64,000 bases of DNA, from assembly GCA_034780895.1 (NCBI GenBank), contig JAUZTB010000087.1, forward strand, positions 104,834,152-104,898,151. The letters run 5' to 3'. How positions within the stretch are numbered: the first letter of the stretch is position 1; every line of letters begins with the position of its first letter. The notes beneath the pieces are model-generated. The model did no database searches, had not been told where the DNA came from, and saw nothing but the letters and a program-made list of their open reading frames with translations. This DNA is from Rhynchobatus australiae. Its lineage: Eukaryota. A program made the translations under genes and the position numbers. Below, piece by piece: positions 25,126 to 37,310 of this stretch.

Positions 25126-26479
25126 CCGAATTCAGTGCAGTTGGTGTGTGCGCAGGAGGCGGGTGGGAGAAAGGATGCTCTGACCATGTAGGTGGTTAGT
25201 TTTTAACGTGCAAGTGTGTTCTACCTGTGGCGCATGTTTCTGTACACAAGTACACAAGCTGAAACACAGAACCTTTCACATTTGCAAGCTTGCCACGTAC
25301 GTGTGTTGGGTTTTGGCATATGCAAATTATGCAAGTACTATAAGTGATCTGTGGGTTAATGAGTCGTTGCACGGACATTTGCATCGTCTCCGCTTGCTGT
25401 TTTACATCTCCAAGTAATCTAAACTCAGCCATCAGGTAATAGTCTGACCAATCCTCTCCTCATGACTATTTATGTCCCAGTCACTGGGCGGGGACGAATG
25501 GTCTCACTTCTCTGCGTAACTGTTTTATGTCAATGAAGTTGATCAGATTCCGATGGAATCACTCAAGACCATGGGGATGTCAAGTCTCTCATTTGAGATC
25601 GCGTTGGCACATGCTGATTGCACCTGAAAAGGAGGCAGCCCCACAACCAAGGGGAAGGCCATCAGATAAACACAGAGAGAAGGAAACACCCAACCAATGT
25701 CCGTCGACGGCATTCGAAAGACTAATGATGTAATTGGATTGCGGAGAAGTTGCAGGCAGCTCTACGGCGAACGATTTAACGTTGGAATTATTTATGTGGA
25801 TCACATCATCAATGCAGACGACTGCTGGAATCATTCTGTTGGAACCNNNNNNNNNNNNNNNNNNNNNNNNNNNNNNNNNNNNNNNNNNNNNNNNNNNNNN
25901 NNNNNNNNNNNNNNNNNNNNNNNNNNNNNNNNNNNNNNNNNNNNNNNNNNNNNNNNNNNNNNNNNNNNNNNNNNNNNNNNNNNNNNNNCTGACCAAGTAC
26001 TTAAATAAAACCAGCAACAGGTGTTGCTGTTGTATTTCTAACTACTTCTAATTCCGCCGAAAGTTTATCCACCTGAGGCATGAAGCGGTTCAGTCACTGC
26101 AGACGCTGCCCGGCCCGCTGAACATTTTCAGTGTCCTCTGGTGTTAATTTCCAATTTCCTTTTCACCTGGAGTATTTTGCAGGTCAGCCCGGCTAAACGA
26201 CTGAACGAGGCTAAATTCCCTTCATGAATGATGGCCCTTCATGGATTTCTCAGCAAACGATAATTGCTGAGGTCTGGATGTGATAAATAGCCTCCTCCTG
26301 AGCCGTGACAATTCTACGATATTTCATAAAAAAACCCGCTGCCCCTCTCAGAGTGAGCCGATGGCAGGTACACGAGCATTTAGAATCACCCGGAACTCGC
26401 AAGACAGTGGAACAGCCCCGAGTCCCACCTTCAGCACCAGGTCGGTAGCTGGGCGGGTCGTAGTTCTTCAATGACACGA

Positions 26480-27780
26480 CCCAGGGTTTATTTTTAACGT
26501 GCGGAGCGTTTCTGTCTCCACTACCGTTTCACGCAGAGTTCCAGATCCCAAACACCTTCTGGGAGAAAACACATTTCTTCATCTCATTCTAAACGCTGTT
26601 CGAAATCGACGTACCTATGTATTTGTCCCCTCTACCAAGAGAAACAGGGCTTCCTAATTGTATACACGGCAATTACATCTCCCCTCAATCACCTCTGTTC
26701 CAAAGAAACCAATCGCAGCCCCTCCAATCTATTGTCAAATCTCACAACTTCCAGTCCTGGGAACATCCTCTGCACCCCGTCCAATGAAATTGCTTCTTCC
26801 TTGTCATGTGGTGACCAGAACTCTGTATAGTTTTGACCCATCTAGCGTTATAGATTCTTCCAGACTAACCTTCCTGCTCTTACAAGAAAGAAAGAATCCC
26901 ATATGTCTTTCCTGCCATCTCAATGAGCTGCCTTGCAACTTAGAAGGATTTCTGGAAATACATTCAGAGTACCTCCTTTTCTTCCACACCTCGTCGTATC
27001 GATTAGTGTGTTGTGTAACTCAAAAGCAAATAAAAAAACCTGAAAATGCCAGAAATCTGAAATTAAAACAGGAAATGGAAACACTCACGAGGTCAGGCAG
27101 CACCTTTGGAGAGAGAAACCAAAGTTACCGTTTCAGGTCGTTTAATTCGCTGTATCGCACACATCGCCAAATTGAATTCATTTTGCTTCCTTTCTGCCCA
27201 ATTTACCAGACAAACTTAACTTTCTGCAAGTTACAGCCTTTCTACTGACTGTCAACCACACAGCCAGTTTTCGAATCATCTGAAAACTTCGCTTTCATGT
27301 TCGTTACATTTAAATCTAAGTCATTAATATATGTGACATAGAAAGCAAGGACTGAGTACTGAACTCCGTGGAATCCCACTGGTAACAGCGTTTCCGTACC
27401 AAACATAAAATTAACCATTAGCGTTTTGTCACTGGGCTAACTTTGATTTTCTCTCTTCCTTGGATTCCACGAATTTATATTATTTGACCAGCTAACTGTA
27501 TGGGATCTTGATGAAAGCCATGCCAAAACCCTTGTTGACCATGTCAAATGTACTCTGCCCCTTATTATACCTCTTCTAAAAAAAATCAATTAATCAATTA
27601 ACCTTAACAAATCCATACTGACTGAGCTGGATTAAACTGCTCCTTTCAAATGATTCCGATCATTTTCCACCATCAGAATTATACTAACTGCCCTGAACTT
27701 GCTCAATTTATCTCTTTCTACCTTTTTATACCACGCGATGTTATTAGCACCCCTTGAATTCTCTGTAGCCAGGAAAAATT
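26480..27780 (-). mobile_element. Old decayed CR1 LINE fragment(s)
   Basis: Remnant KSRKVSLEESITLDGSKLYRVLVTT..., a CR1-like RT region further right, and a short Penelope-type insert at ~27030-27140. Confidence 0.55.
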
Positions 27781-28034
27781 GGAAAAAGAGTTTGCCGCCA
27801 AAAAAAAATGTTCTGCTGAATACAGTTTAGGATTCCTTGCCCTTTATGCATTTTTACACAAATTGCATCCCAATTAATTTTAGGGCAATTAAATTCATCC
27901 CCCCGCCCCACTATTACTACTCTATTGGTTTTGCAATTGCCAGAAGTTTGCTCGCCTATCTCCTCTGGTCTATTTGGCAGTGTATATTATCTTCCGGCAG
28001 GGTGCTTGAATTCAACCCAGAGGTAGCTTCAGTT

Positions 28035-28780
28035 TGATCAGAAATCAAACTCCAGGAAGAACTCAGCGGGGTGAGCAGCATCTGTGTGTGTGTGTGTGTG
28101 TTTGTGTGTGTGTGGTGGGGTGGGTGTTGGGTGGTGGTGGTGATGGGGTGGTGGGGGGTGGGGATGGTTGGGGTGGGTGGGTAAANNNNNNNNNNNNNNN
28201 NNNNNNNNNNNNNNNNNNNGAGCGCCGGTATACAGAAGCGGGGGAGGGGTTTTGGTGAGATAGTGGGTGATAGGTGGACGGAGGAGGGGCGAGGGATGAT
28301 GGACAGAAGGGGTACAGAGGCAGGAGGGTTATAGGTGGGAGCAAACAAGGTATAAAGAGGCAGCTGGGCCCAGGTGGCGGGTGGGGAGGGTGGAGCCAGT
28401 GACTAGGGGGTGATAAGTGGGGACGCGAAGGCTGCAAGTGCTGGAATCTGATCATTAGGAAGGTGATAATAGGAATCATTAAGGGAGAGATGAAAGGCAA
28501 GTGGAACCAGATGGGGAAGGGGATATGGTTGGTGAAGTGTGTGGGGAGTAGGTGGATGGAAGCAGGACGTGGAGGGGGACGAAAATCGGTGGTGGCTGGA
28601 GGGAGGGGTACGGGAATCGGAACAAAAACAGAGGGACCGTAGGTGAATCGGAAGGATAATGAGTGGGTGGGGGGAAGGGGGCATAGGAGGTAAGGGTTAC
28701 CTGAAACTGGAAAATTCAATGTTCACACCATTGGGTTGTAGACTACCCAGGCGGAATATGAGTTGCTGTTCTCGAACCTC
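28035..28780 (-). mobile_element. Penelope-like element 3' end (GIY-YIG endonuclease C-terminus, pyrimidine-rich UTR, terminal repeat)
   Basis: 28780-28697 translates EVREQQLIFRLGSLQPNGVNIEFSSFR*, resembling the E..I..L..L.P.G.N end of Penelope GIY-YIG domains. A C/T-rich UTR follows, then the same CAGATGCTGCTCACCCCGCTGAGTTCTTCC body as the short elements. Confidence 0.75.
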
Positions 28781-29799
28781 ATTTTGATGATCCCTGTAAC
28801 ATATCATCCCTTCACAAGATTTTAAAAGTCAATATCGCCTCCTCCTTTCGTTTGTATTACCCTCTCTCTGTCTCGACAAAACGCCTTATACGCAGGATCG
28901 TTAAGCTTCCATACCGGCCCTCTTTAAAGGAAAAAAAAGACTGCAGGTGCTGGAATCTAGATGAAAAACACGATGATGCTGGAGGAACTCAGCAGGCCGG
29001 GCATGGTCCTCACTGGCCTCGTTTGCCCGGCCCTGCGCTCTTTGAGCCGCGTTTCAGCAATAGTTGCAATATCATACTTTTACATCTCATCTGGTTTAGT
29101 CTTTACATTTAGGTAATTAAACCTAAATACGGCGAATGCAGGCATTGAAAGGAAATGTCTGGAAAACTATACATCTTTTTTTCGATCCCAAAAGGAGTGT
29201 TATAATGCAGTATCAGAAAATAAACAACACAAAGAATTTTTTCTCCGCTGGTCAAGGGAGTGAGAATGTTACAGGTTCTGGATCTTAATTTATATGACTT
29301 CTATAAGATGAAAATGCCAGGAATATTGTCTGCGAGGAGCCATAATGCACCCCATGCTCACTATAAATTGAAAAGGACTAATTAATTTTAGGAACACTTT
29401 AGATCTAGCGCGGTATGGATTATTATTCTAATATAACCTTTGGGTCTTTCCATTACTGGCGTTTAGATTGAGTGCATTTTGTGGGCCAATAATCCGCAAC
29501 ACTTCTCGACTAATAAGATTTCAGAATCGACATAGACCTGAATGCGCTCTAACAAATGGCGACTACTTTGCATGGCACTTAAAGTAATGTGAAATTTCCA
29601 CTGTTGCCGGGACAGAGAATTACGTATTCTGGTATTGCAATCTTGGCTCCTTGTTGCGTTCTGACAGAATTTCTCTGTGATCAAGTGTGAAGTATTTCTG
29701 GTCAAATGTGTCGCGCTGCTACTTGCTAACCTTGTATTGTGAAACGCTCTCGGTACCAGGATAGAAGCAGTTACCATCAGAATGTTTAAATCAACGGGA

Positions 29800-31210
29800 C
29801 TCTCCCACCTTAAGAAATTATTTCTATCGATCATTTAAAATCGTTTAATTTATACTTAAAGCCTCTATTAGACCGATCTTTAATTTTTTATACTTAAGCC
29901 TCCATGCCCGTATATGCAAACAGACTTCATAGTTTAAAATTTTAGCCCTATGATCACTCTGTGCTCTAATCTCCAACAATATATCCCGCCGGATGAAGCC
30001 CCCAGAACTGAATTTACTACGATAGGTCTAAATAGAGCACGAGACAGCTGTTAGAAAAATTTCAGCCCTTGAAATAAAAAAAACAACATTCCATTAATCC
30101 ATTAAATTATTTCTGTCCTTATACAATTGTTTAGTGATTTATGTTATCGGAACACATAATCTCTCTTGTTCACTCTTCTTAACCTCCACATTTGGAGATA
30201 ACGATGTTGTGTTCTATTCCTGGATCCAAAGTAGGTATCATAATATATTCCCATTTTGAACTACATTTGGTGCAACCTTACACATTCACTAACACATCAT
30301 AACGTTATGCTCTCCCATTTGTCACTCAGCATCCTCAGCACAGTTAAGATATATGGTTCTCTATTTCTTTATGTCATTTATGAATATAACCAGTAGTCAT
30401 ATGGCGTCAATTCAGTGCATACCCATTGGTCTTATATCATCTCAGTCAATTGCCTGTCAACCGCAATAGATTGCCTCCAATTCCATGTCCTATATATGAG
30501 GGGTCGTAACAAAATCAATACATCCATTCAGCACTGGAGACATGCTATTAATTCAGAGTTACTGTGAAACAAAGCTGGAAGTTCGACCAAGGACCTGAAT
30601 TAGCAACTTGATTTATCAGCACAGGGCTATGAGTTTCATAGAGTGAGTTCCATGTCTGAGAATTTTCCCCAACGTGGAGTGCACGAGTGTTACTCGTATC
30701 CGCCTTATTTCTCACTATACTTCAGTTTTTGTCTTCATAAAGAAGAATGTATTTGCCTTGAAGTCAGTGGAGCATAGATTTCAATATATTGATTCCTGAG
30801 TAAGAGGCTTGCCCCGTAAGGACAGATTGAATAAGACTGGTCTATTATCACTGGAGTTCAGAAGAATGAGAGGTGACCTCATTGACATGTAAAAGATTCT
30901 GCAAGGGATTTACAGGGTAGATTCTGACAGCTTTGGCTGGGAATCTAAATGCATCAGGTATAGTCTCTAGGAAAAGGAGGTTAACCTGTTAAGACTGAAA
31001 TGAGGAGTAACATCTATACACGGAGAATTGTGCATCTTTGGTATTCTGAACCCCAAGGAGGGTGGTAGACCACCAATTATTGATTATATTCAAAGCTGAT
31101 AGTAACATGCTTACGGACAACAAGAAAATCAGAGCATATGAGGAGTGGATGGGAAAGTGTGGCTGGGGGACAAAATCAGTATTGCTATTGAAATGTGGAG
31201 TAGGCTCAAG
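29800..31210. mobile_element. Old CR1 fragments (minus ~29800-30520, plus ~30740-31210)
   Basis: The plus part contains CTGGAGTTCAGAAGAATGAGAGGTGACCTCATTGA (LEFRRMRGDLI) and AAGACTGAAATGAGGAG. The minus part is only weakly recognisable. Confidence 0.6.
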
Positions 31211-31354
31211 GAATGCTATCATCTGTGGATATTGTTACTTTTTGAGCTTTGAGTGGAACTTCAGTATATCTCCAAATGGTCTCATGCATGTAGACTCAGA
31301 AACATATACTTCATCAGAGTAGCCAGGATAAATACATCCATTTATTCAGTTTCC

Positions 31355-32640
31355 TTCTTCTTCCTCTTAGGCAGTCCCTCGGGTACAAAGATGACTTGTT
31401 TCTGTCATGGTTCTGAGATCTGGCCCTCATTTGGCTCCATTAATGCCTTGTTGTCCAGCACATGCATTCCATGCTGGACTGATTGCATAACAATACACAC
31501 CTGAGCCCCATCAGGGGCCTAGCATAAGTACCTGGGTTTCTCNNNNNNNNNNNNNNNNNNNNNNNNNNNNNNNNNNNNNNNNNNNNNNNNNNNNNNNNNN
31601 NNNNNNNNNNNNNNNNNNNNNNNNNNNNNNNNNNNNNNNNNNTGTCCTGAGGAAGTATCCTGACTCCAGTCTTGTATCGGTGTGCTGCATTTGGGTTCTC
31701 TGTGAGTTTGCTCTCGATCGACATTGTGACAGTTTCCAGTCTTGGTTCAGTGATTTCTGAGGTGGCTAATGAGGCCAATGTGTGGACAGCAGACTCTTCT
31801 ACAAATGGAGCAGCAGGTAGTTGGTGGGGACGAGAGGGTGGGTAGTTAGTAAGGTGCCTCGCACCACTTTATGTGTGATTTCTGTGTGTTCTTCATGCAT
31901 GGCCAGGGGGTTTTCAATACCATCCTGAATGCTCCTTCTCCACTGTCAGCTGTCATGGGCCTGGGGTCCCTGGGAGTCGGTGGGGATGTTACAGTTCTTC
32001 AGAGAAGCTTTGAACACAACATTGAATCTTTTCTTCTGTCTGCCTGTTAACCTTTTCTCATGATAGAGCTCGGAAAAGTGTACCTGTGTTAGATGTCTGG
32101 TATCAACATGTGAATGACAGGGCCAGCCTAACATAGCCAACTGAGTGTAAATACCACCTCAGTACTGGGAATGTCGACGTGGGAGAGGACGTTGGCGTTG
32201 GTTCGCTTTTCCTGTTACAGAACTTGGAAGACTTTTCAGGGACGGAATTGGTGGTATTCTTCCAGCACAGTAAGGTGCCTGCTCTACATTATCCAGGTGT
32301 CAGAAGCATATAGGAGGACAGGGATCACTGCTCCCTGGTAGACCGTGCATTTTATGCCAGGTCAGAGATCTTGATCTTGAAAGGCTGCTCTTGTGCGTTG
32401 AAGGTGTTAGTGAACTTCATCATCTCGCCGAGGTCACTCCTGTGCCATGGGAAGTGGTCCCCAATTTCCATAGTCTCATCATGAACACTTGTAGTGTGAT
32501 GTGTAGTTGTGACAGATTAATAAAGGATCTTGGTCTTGCGGATGTTGAGCAAACGGCCCATCTTCTTTTGTGCTTTGGCGAATTAGTCAACAATGTCTTG
32601 GAGCTCAGACTATAAACGTGTGCAAGTGTAAATGTATACT
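31355..32640 (-). mobile_element. Decayed RTE LINE 3' part
   Basis: ORF remnant LGWPCHSHVDTRHLTQVHFSELYHEKRLTGRQKKRFNVVFKASLKNCNI, with the same tail as 13147-13210. Confidence 0.72.
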
Positions 32641-32699
32641 ACAGTTCAACTACCCAATACAGTCAGTAATAAAGTTCCTTAAAATGCCGTCAGACCACT

Positions 32700-33390
32700 A
32701 TAATGCTCTTACTTGAAGCAAATAACTAAGCTTTATGTAGTGATAATGTCATAGAAATCTTCCAAAGTCGCCAGTTATGCAGCTGAACTTCACTACTATT
32801 CAAATGTTGAATTCGTCCCAGTTGGTAGACGAAGACAAGAATCATAATAGACTCTACCAAAGTGAGAGGGACTGGTGGCTTAGTCCAATGTTTTCTTCTA
32901 CCTTGTTTCCAGGAGCATGATAGAATATTCTGCACTTGCTTGAATGAGTGCAGCTTCAATAGCACTCCAGAAATTCGACTTCATGCAGGAGAAAACAGCC
33001 TGCTAGATTGGCACCCCGCCCACCAAGGCATTCCTTCCTCCATCACTTGTCCACAGTGGGACCTATCAACAGAGCGCACTGCACCCAAGCTTCTCCAGCA
33101 TTACCTCTCACGCTGATGACCTCTACCATCAAGAAGGACAAAGCATGGGCACACCACCACCTGCAGGTATCGCCCCAAGTGGCATACCGCCCTGAGTTAG
33201 AAATATAACCCCGTTCCTCCTGTCCTCCATCGTCGCTGGAACTCCCTCCGCATAGCAGAAAGGGAGCAGTTTCACCAGGAGGTCAGCAAGCAGTTCAAGA
33301 AGCCTCGCCACTACTTTCCGAAGGTCGTGAAATAAGTGGCAACTTTGCCAGCGACACCCGCATCCCCCCACCCCCACCCCCCATAAAAAG
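32700..33390 (+). mobile_element. Decayed CR1-superfamily LINE 3' end
   Basis: GACCTCTACCATCAAGAAGGACAAAGCATGGGCACACCACCACCTGCAGG...GCAGTTCAAGAAG...TTGCCAGCGACACCCGCATCCC, homologous to 24730-25125. Confidence 0.6.
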
Positions 33391-34919
33391 ATTTTAAAAC
33401 ACGGTCATAATGTGCCCTAAATGTCTAGCTCCGTGCAACAGTATAACCGGGTCCTAAAGTTTAAAGTGCACACTAATTGAACACGGCTGGTGAGACAGCG
33501 GCAGTTTAATCTTGGAGTTCCGGTGACAATCATAAAACCTCGGCGGAGTCTTTACATGTTGTTCTGAAACTGGAGTAAACTATATCATTACCATTACATT
33601 TGATGTAAATTTAATATTTCAACCTTCTTTAATTGTAAAGGAGCCGAACGGTCGGTTTAAGAAAACTTACTTTCGTTTTTGGGGTGGCGGCGGGAAGGTA
33701 GGCCGCACTGTGGTACAAGAATGTTAGAACTACTTGTGAATTTTTGCATTTTACCAAATTATTAACAGGAAAACGCAGTCAGAGCAATTTTTCAAACGTT
33801 TTTCACCTGGTAGCTGTCATTGAAGCGCGGAATCCCGATCTACGTTTAATCAGCCTCGTATACAGAATCTCATCAGGATTCTTTATCCAATTTCCAAGAA
33901 TTTTCGTGCGGATTAATTGCCGCAACTACTCGCCAACCAACGCTGACAAAAGAACATCAAATCGGATTGGATTTTTTTTTAAAGTTAATTAAGATTTGAC
34001 TTGTAATTTAAGGGAAAAACGACACACATTCAGAAAGTTCGTGGGCAACGCTAATTTAATAAAATCCCCACAGTATCGAGCTCAAGATTTCTATAGTACT
34101 GGCTGAAAGCATATCTTACTCAGGGGAAGGTGTATAGCATTAGTTTGTTAAACTGGCGGACAGTTCCATACCGTTCCTGCGACAAATGCGTGGAAGGAGA
34201 CAGTATTAACGTGAGGAGAGGTTCTTAACTTCAAGATCAAACAGTAACAGTCCCCGCCCTCGCTTTCTGGAATTATAGAGTTCCTTTGCTAGCGCAACAA
34301 TCTATCAGCTTCAGCTTCTGTTCGTAGATTGAAAAGCATCAGACAATGCACCTCTGCTGTAGGAATTGGAAGCTTGCCATTGGAGCGAATTAGTTGAACG
34401 CTTGCTCAGTGATTTACACACAGACATCCATGTGAAGTAACGTATTAATCTCCATGTTGTGTTATGGAGGTGTGGACTGGGTGCAAAATATGGTAGACTT
34501 ATCTATACACACATTCCAAATAAAAACAGTCGGACAGCGAATTTTAAGATATGCAGCCGGATAAATGTGTTTGGATACGATGCAACAAAGAAGATTCCGC
34601 CCTTACAACAAGGTATTTATGAAAGAAGTCTATGCCTTTGATACTCACGTCTTTACTAGAGTGTATGCGCTGTACACTTTGTAAAGAGGAAATCACAAGA
34701 AATCAAATAAAATTTAAAATGGTGTCTCCGGAGGTTTTGGAAAGAATAAAAAAAGAATTAGGTTACTGTCAACATACAGGGGGGGGGGGGGGAGAGAGAG
34801 GGAACCCCGATTAGTTGGGGAAAAAAACATGATAATGGTAAACAATCGGAAACATTCGAAGAGGAGATTTTTAAAATAGATGCTGAAATAATGCCAAAAG
34901 TAAGAAGCGAACGTCTTCC

Positions 34920-36530
34920 TGAGTAACAAGAGGATGACTAGGGTGAAGAAGGGTCATGACCCGAAACGTTGACCACCTGCTTTTCTCCANNNNNNNNNNN
35001 NNNNNNNNNNNNNNNNNNNNNNNNNNNNNNNNNNNNNNNNNNNNNNNNNNNNNNNNNNNNNNNNNNNNNNNNNNNNNNNNNNNNNNNNNTGACCCGAAAC
35101 GTTGACCACCTGCTTTTCTCCACGGATGCTGCCTGGTCTGCTGAGTTCCTCCAGCATCATCGTGTTTTACATCTGCTTGAGGAACAAGAGGATGACTAGG
35201 GTGAGGGTAGGACCGCTCAGGATAAGGGGGGAAATGTGTCTGGAGGCGAAGGAGGTAGGGGAGATCCTAAGTAAATATTTTGCTTCAGTGTTCACCAGGG
35301 AGAGGGTACGTTTAGCGTAAAACAAACAAATGTGTTGGAGCATGTCGAGGTTAAGAAAGAAGCAGTGTTGGAGCTACTAAAAATCGTTAGAATAGATAAG
35401 TCCCTGGGGTTGGACAGGATATACCCCAGGTTACTATAGGAGGTGAGGGAAGAGATTGCTGGAGGGTTTACAATGATCTTTTGAGTCCTCCCTGGCCACA
35501 GGAGTGGTACCAGAGGATTAGAGGATGGCAAATGTTGTTTCATTGTTCAAGAAAGGTCAAAGGGATAATCCCAGGATTTATAGACCAGTGAGTCTTAACA
35601 TCAGTGGTGGGCAAACTATTGGAGACTATTCTGAGGGACAGGATTTGTGAGCATCTGGACAAGCATAGTCTTATTAGGACAGTCAACATGGCTTTGTGAA
35701 GGTAGGTCGTGTCTCAGGAACCTAATAGAGTATTTTTGAGGAAGTGACAAGACAAATTGGTGAAGGAAATGTGGTGGATGTGGTATATACGGATTTAGCA
35801 AGGTGTTTGACAAGGTTCCCTATGGTAGGCTCATTCAGAAAGTCATGAGGTATGGGATCCATGGAAGATTGGCTGTGTGGATTTGAAATTGGCTTGCCCA
35901 CAGAAGGCAGAGGGTGGTTGTAGAAGGGGAGTATTTGACCCGGAGGTTGGTGACTAGTGGTGTTCCACAGGGATCTGCTCTTTATGATTTTTATAAATTA
36001 TTTGGATGAGGAAGTGGAAAGATGGGTTGGTAAATTTGCAGATAACCTGAAGGTTGGTGGTGTAGTAGATAGTGAAGAAGGTTGTCCTAGGATACAACGG
36101 GATTTAGACAGGAAGCAGAGCTGTGCAGAGAAGTGCTGAATGGAGTTCAATCCAGAGAAGTGTGAAGAATGAACTTGAAGGTGGAGTACATGGTTAATGG
36201 TGGGATTCTTAGCAGTGTGGAGGAACAGAGAGATCTTGGGGTCGAAGTACATAGATCCCTCAAAGTTGCCACATAAGTGGATAGGGCAGTTCAGAACGCA
36301 TATGGTGTGCTGGCCTTCATTAGCTGAGGGATTGAGGTCAAGAGCTCAGAGGTGATGTTGCAGCTCTATAAGGCTCTGGTTAGACCACACTTGGAATATT
36401 GTGTTCAGTTCTGGTCACCACATTGTAGGAAGGACGTAGAAGCTTTGAATGGGGATAAGGTTTATTTCGGTTGTCACAACATGGTGGGCTGAAGACCCCG
36501 TATTGTGCTGTACTGTTCTATGTTCTACGT
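34920..36530 (+). mobile_element. CR1 LINE fragment (linker and RT, internally deleted, with 3' tail)
   Basis: Remnants KRMTRVRVGPL, EILSKYFASVFTRE, DKSLGLDRIYPRLL, YRPVSL, DFSKVFDKVP, FINYLDE..KFADNLK and [19 protein letters not shown], with stops and frameshifts. Tail TGTACTGTTCTATGTTCTA. Confidence 0.9.
34944..35177 (+). mobile_element. Short Penelope-derived hammerhead element inserted in a CR1 fragment (spans a gap)
   Basis: TGAAGA-A-GGGTC(AT)GACCC-GAAAC-GTT-GACC, body GATGCTGCCTGGTCTGCTGAGTTCCTCCAGC. Flanked by a 27-bp direct repeat (34920-34946 and 35178-35204, one mismatch). Confidence 0.72.
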
Positions 36531-36949
36531 AAGCTCAATTTATGAGGACCGATAGAAGTTAAAAAAAATACTCTCTAGAAAAAGTGCTGAGGTTAGTTTT
36601 TCGCAGTATTCAACTTCTTGCGCCAGAACGTAGCATCTGCAGTCTCTTGTGTCTCCATTCAGATAGGTTGCTATTAGTATGGATAAATCGCTGAGCACTG
36701 GAAATTGGGAATAAATGTAAGATCGTCACAGCAAAAATCGGGAAGGAGTAAGTTTGGGTTGTTAGGCATTGAACGGCTCCTATGTAACAACCATTGCGTG
36801 AAATCCCCAGCAGTGAAAGGAGTTTGAAAAATGCAACGGGGAGAAGGAAAGAACGGAACCGCTCTATCATTTCGCCCGCTCAGACTTCAGCACTGAATGG
36901 ATCTCTTCTGCATTGTAAAAGTCTATGCTTGGATCCAAGAGAACCCTGA

Positions 36950-37310
36950 AATAAGGCCATAAGATACAGGAGCAGAATTAGGCCATTTGCCCCATCCAGT
37001 CTGCTTGGCCATTCAATAATGGTTGATTTTTTAAACTCCATTCCCCGTCCTCGCCCTGTAACCATTAACCCTCTTACCAGTCAAGAACCTTTCAATGTCT
37101 GGCTTAAATACACCCAATGACTTGGCCTCCACAGCCCTCTGTGGTAACGAATCCCACAGATCCACCACCCTTTGGCTGTAGAAATTCCTCCTCATCTCAG
37201 TTTTAAAGGGACGTCCCTTTATTCTGAGTCTGTGCCCTCGGATCCTCCATTCTCTTACAAATTGAAACATCCTCTCCACGTCCACTCTATACAGGCCTTT
37301 CAGTATTCAG
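36950..37310 (-). mobile_element. CR1 LINE 3' end (younger family)
   Basis: ORF MDVERMF...RGHRLRIKGRPFKTEMRRNFYSQRVVDLWDSLPQRAVEAKSLGVFK, same family as 57165-57415. Confidence 0.9.

Noticed and set aside
26658-27248. 196-aa plus-strand ORF
   Set aside because: It is antisense to a decayed CR1 plus a short Penelope insert, with no recognisable domain.
28063-28719. 218-aa Pro-rich ORF and G-quadruplex-like G tracts
   Set aside because: Explained by the pyrimidine-rich 3'UTR of the Penelope-like element. The ORF also crosses a gap.
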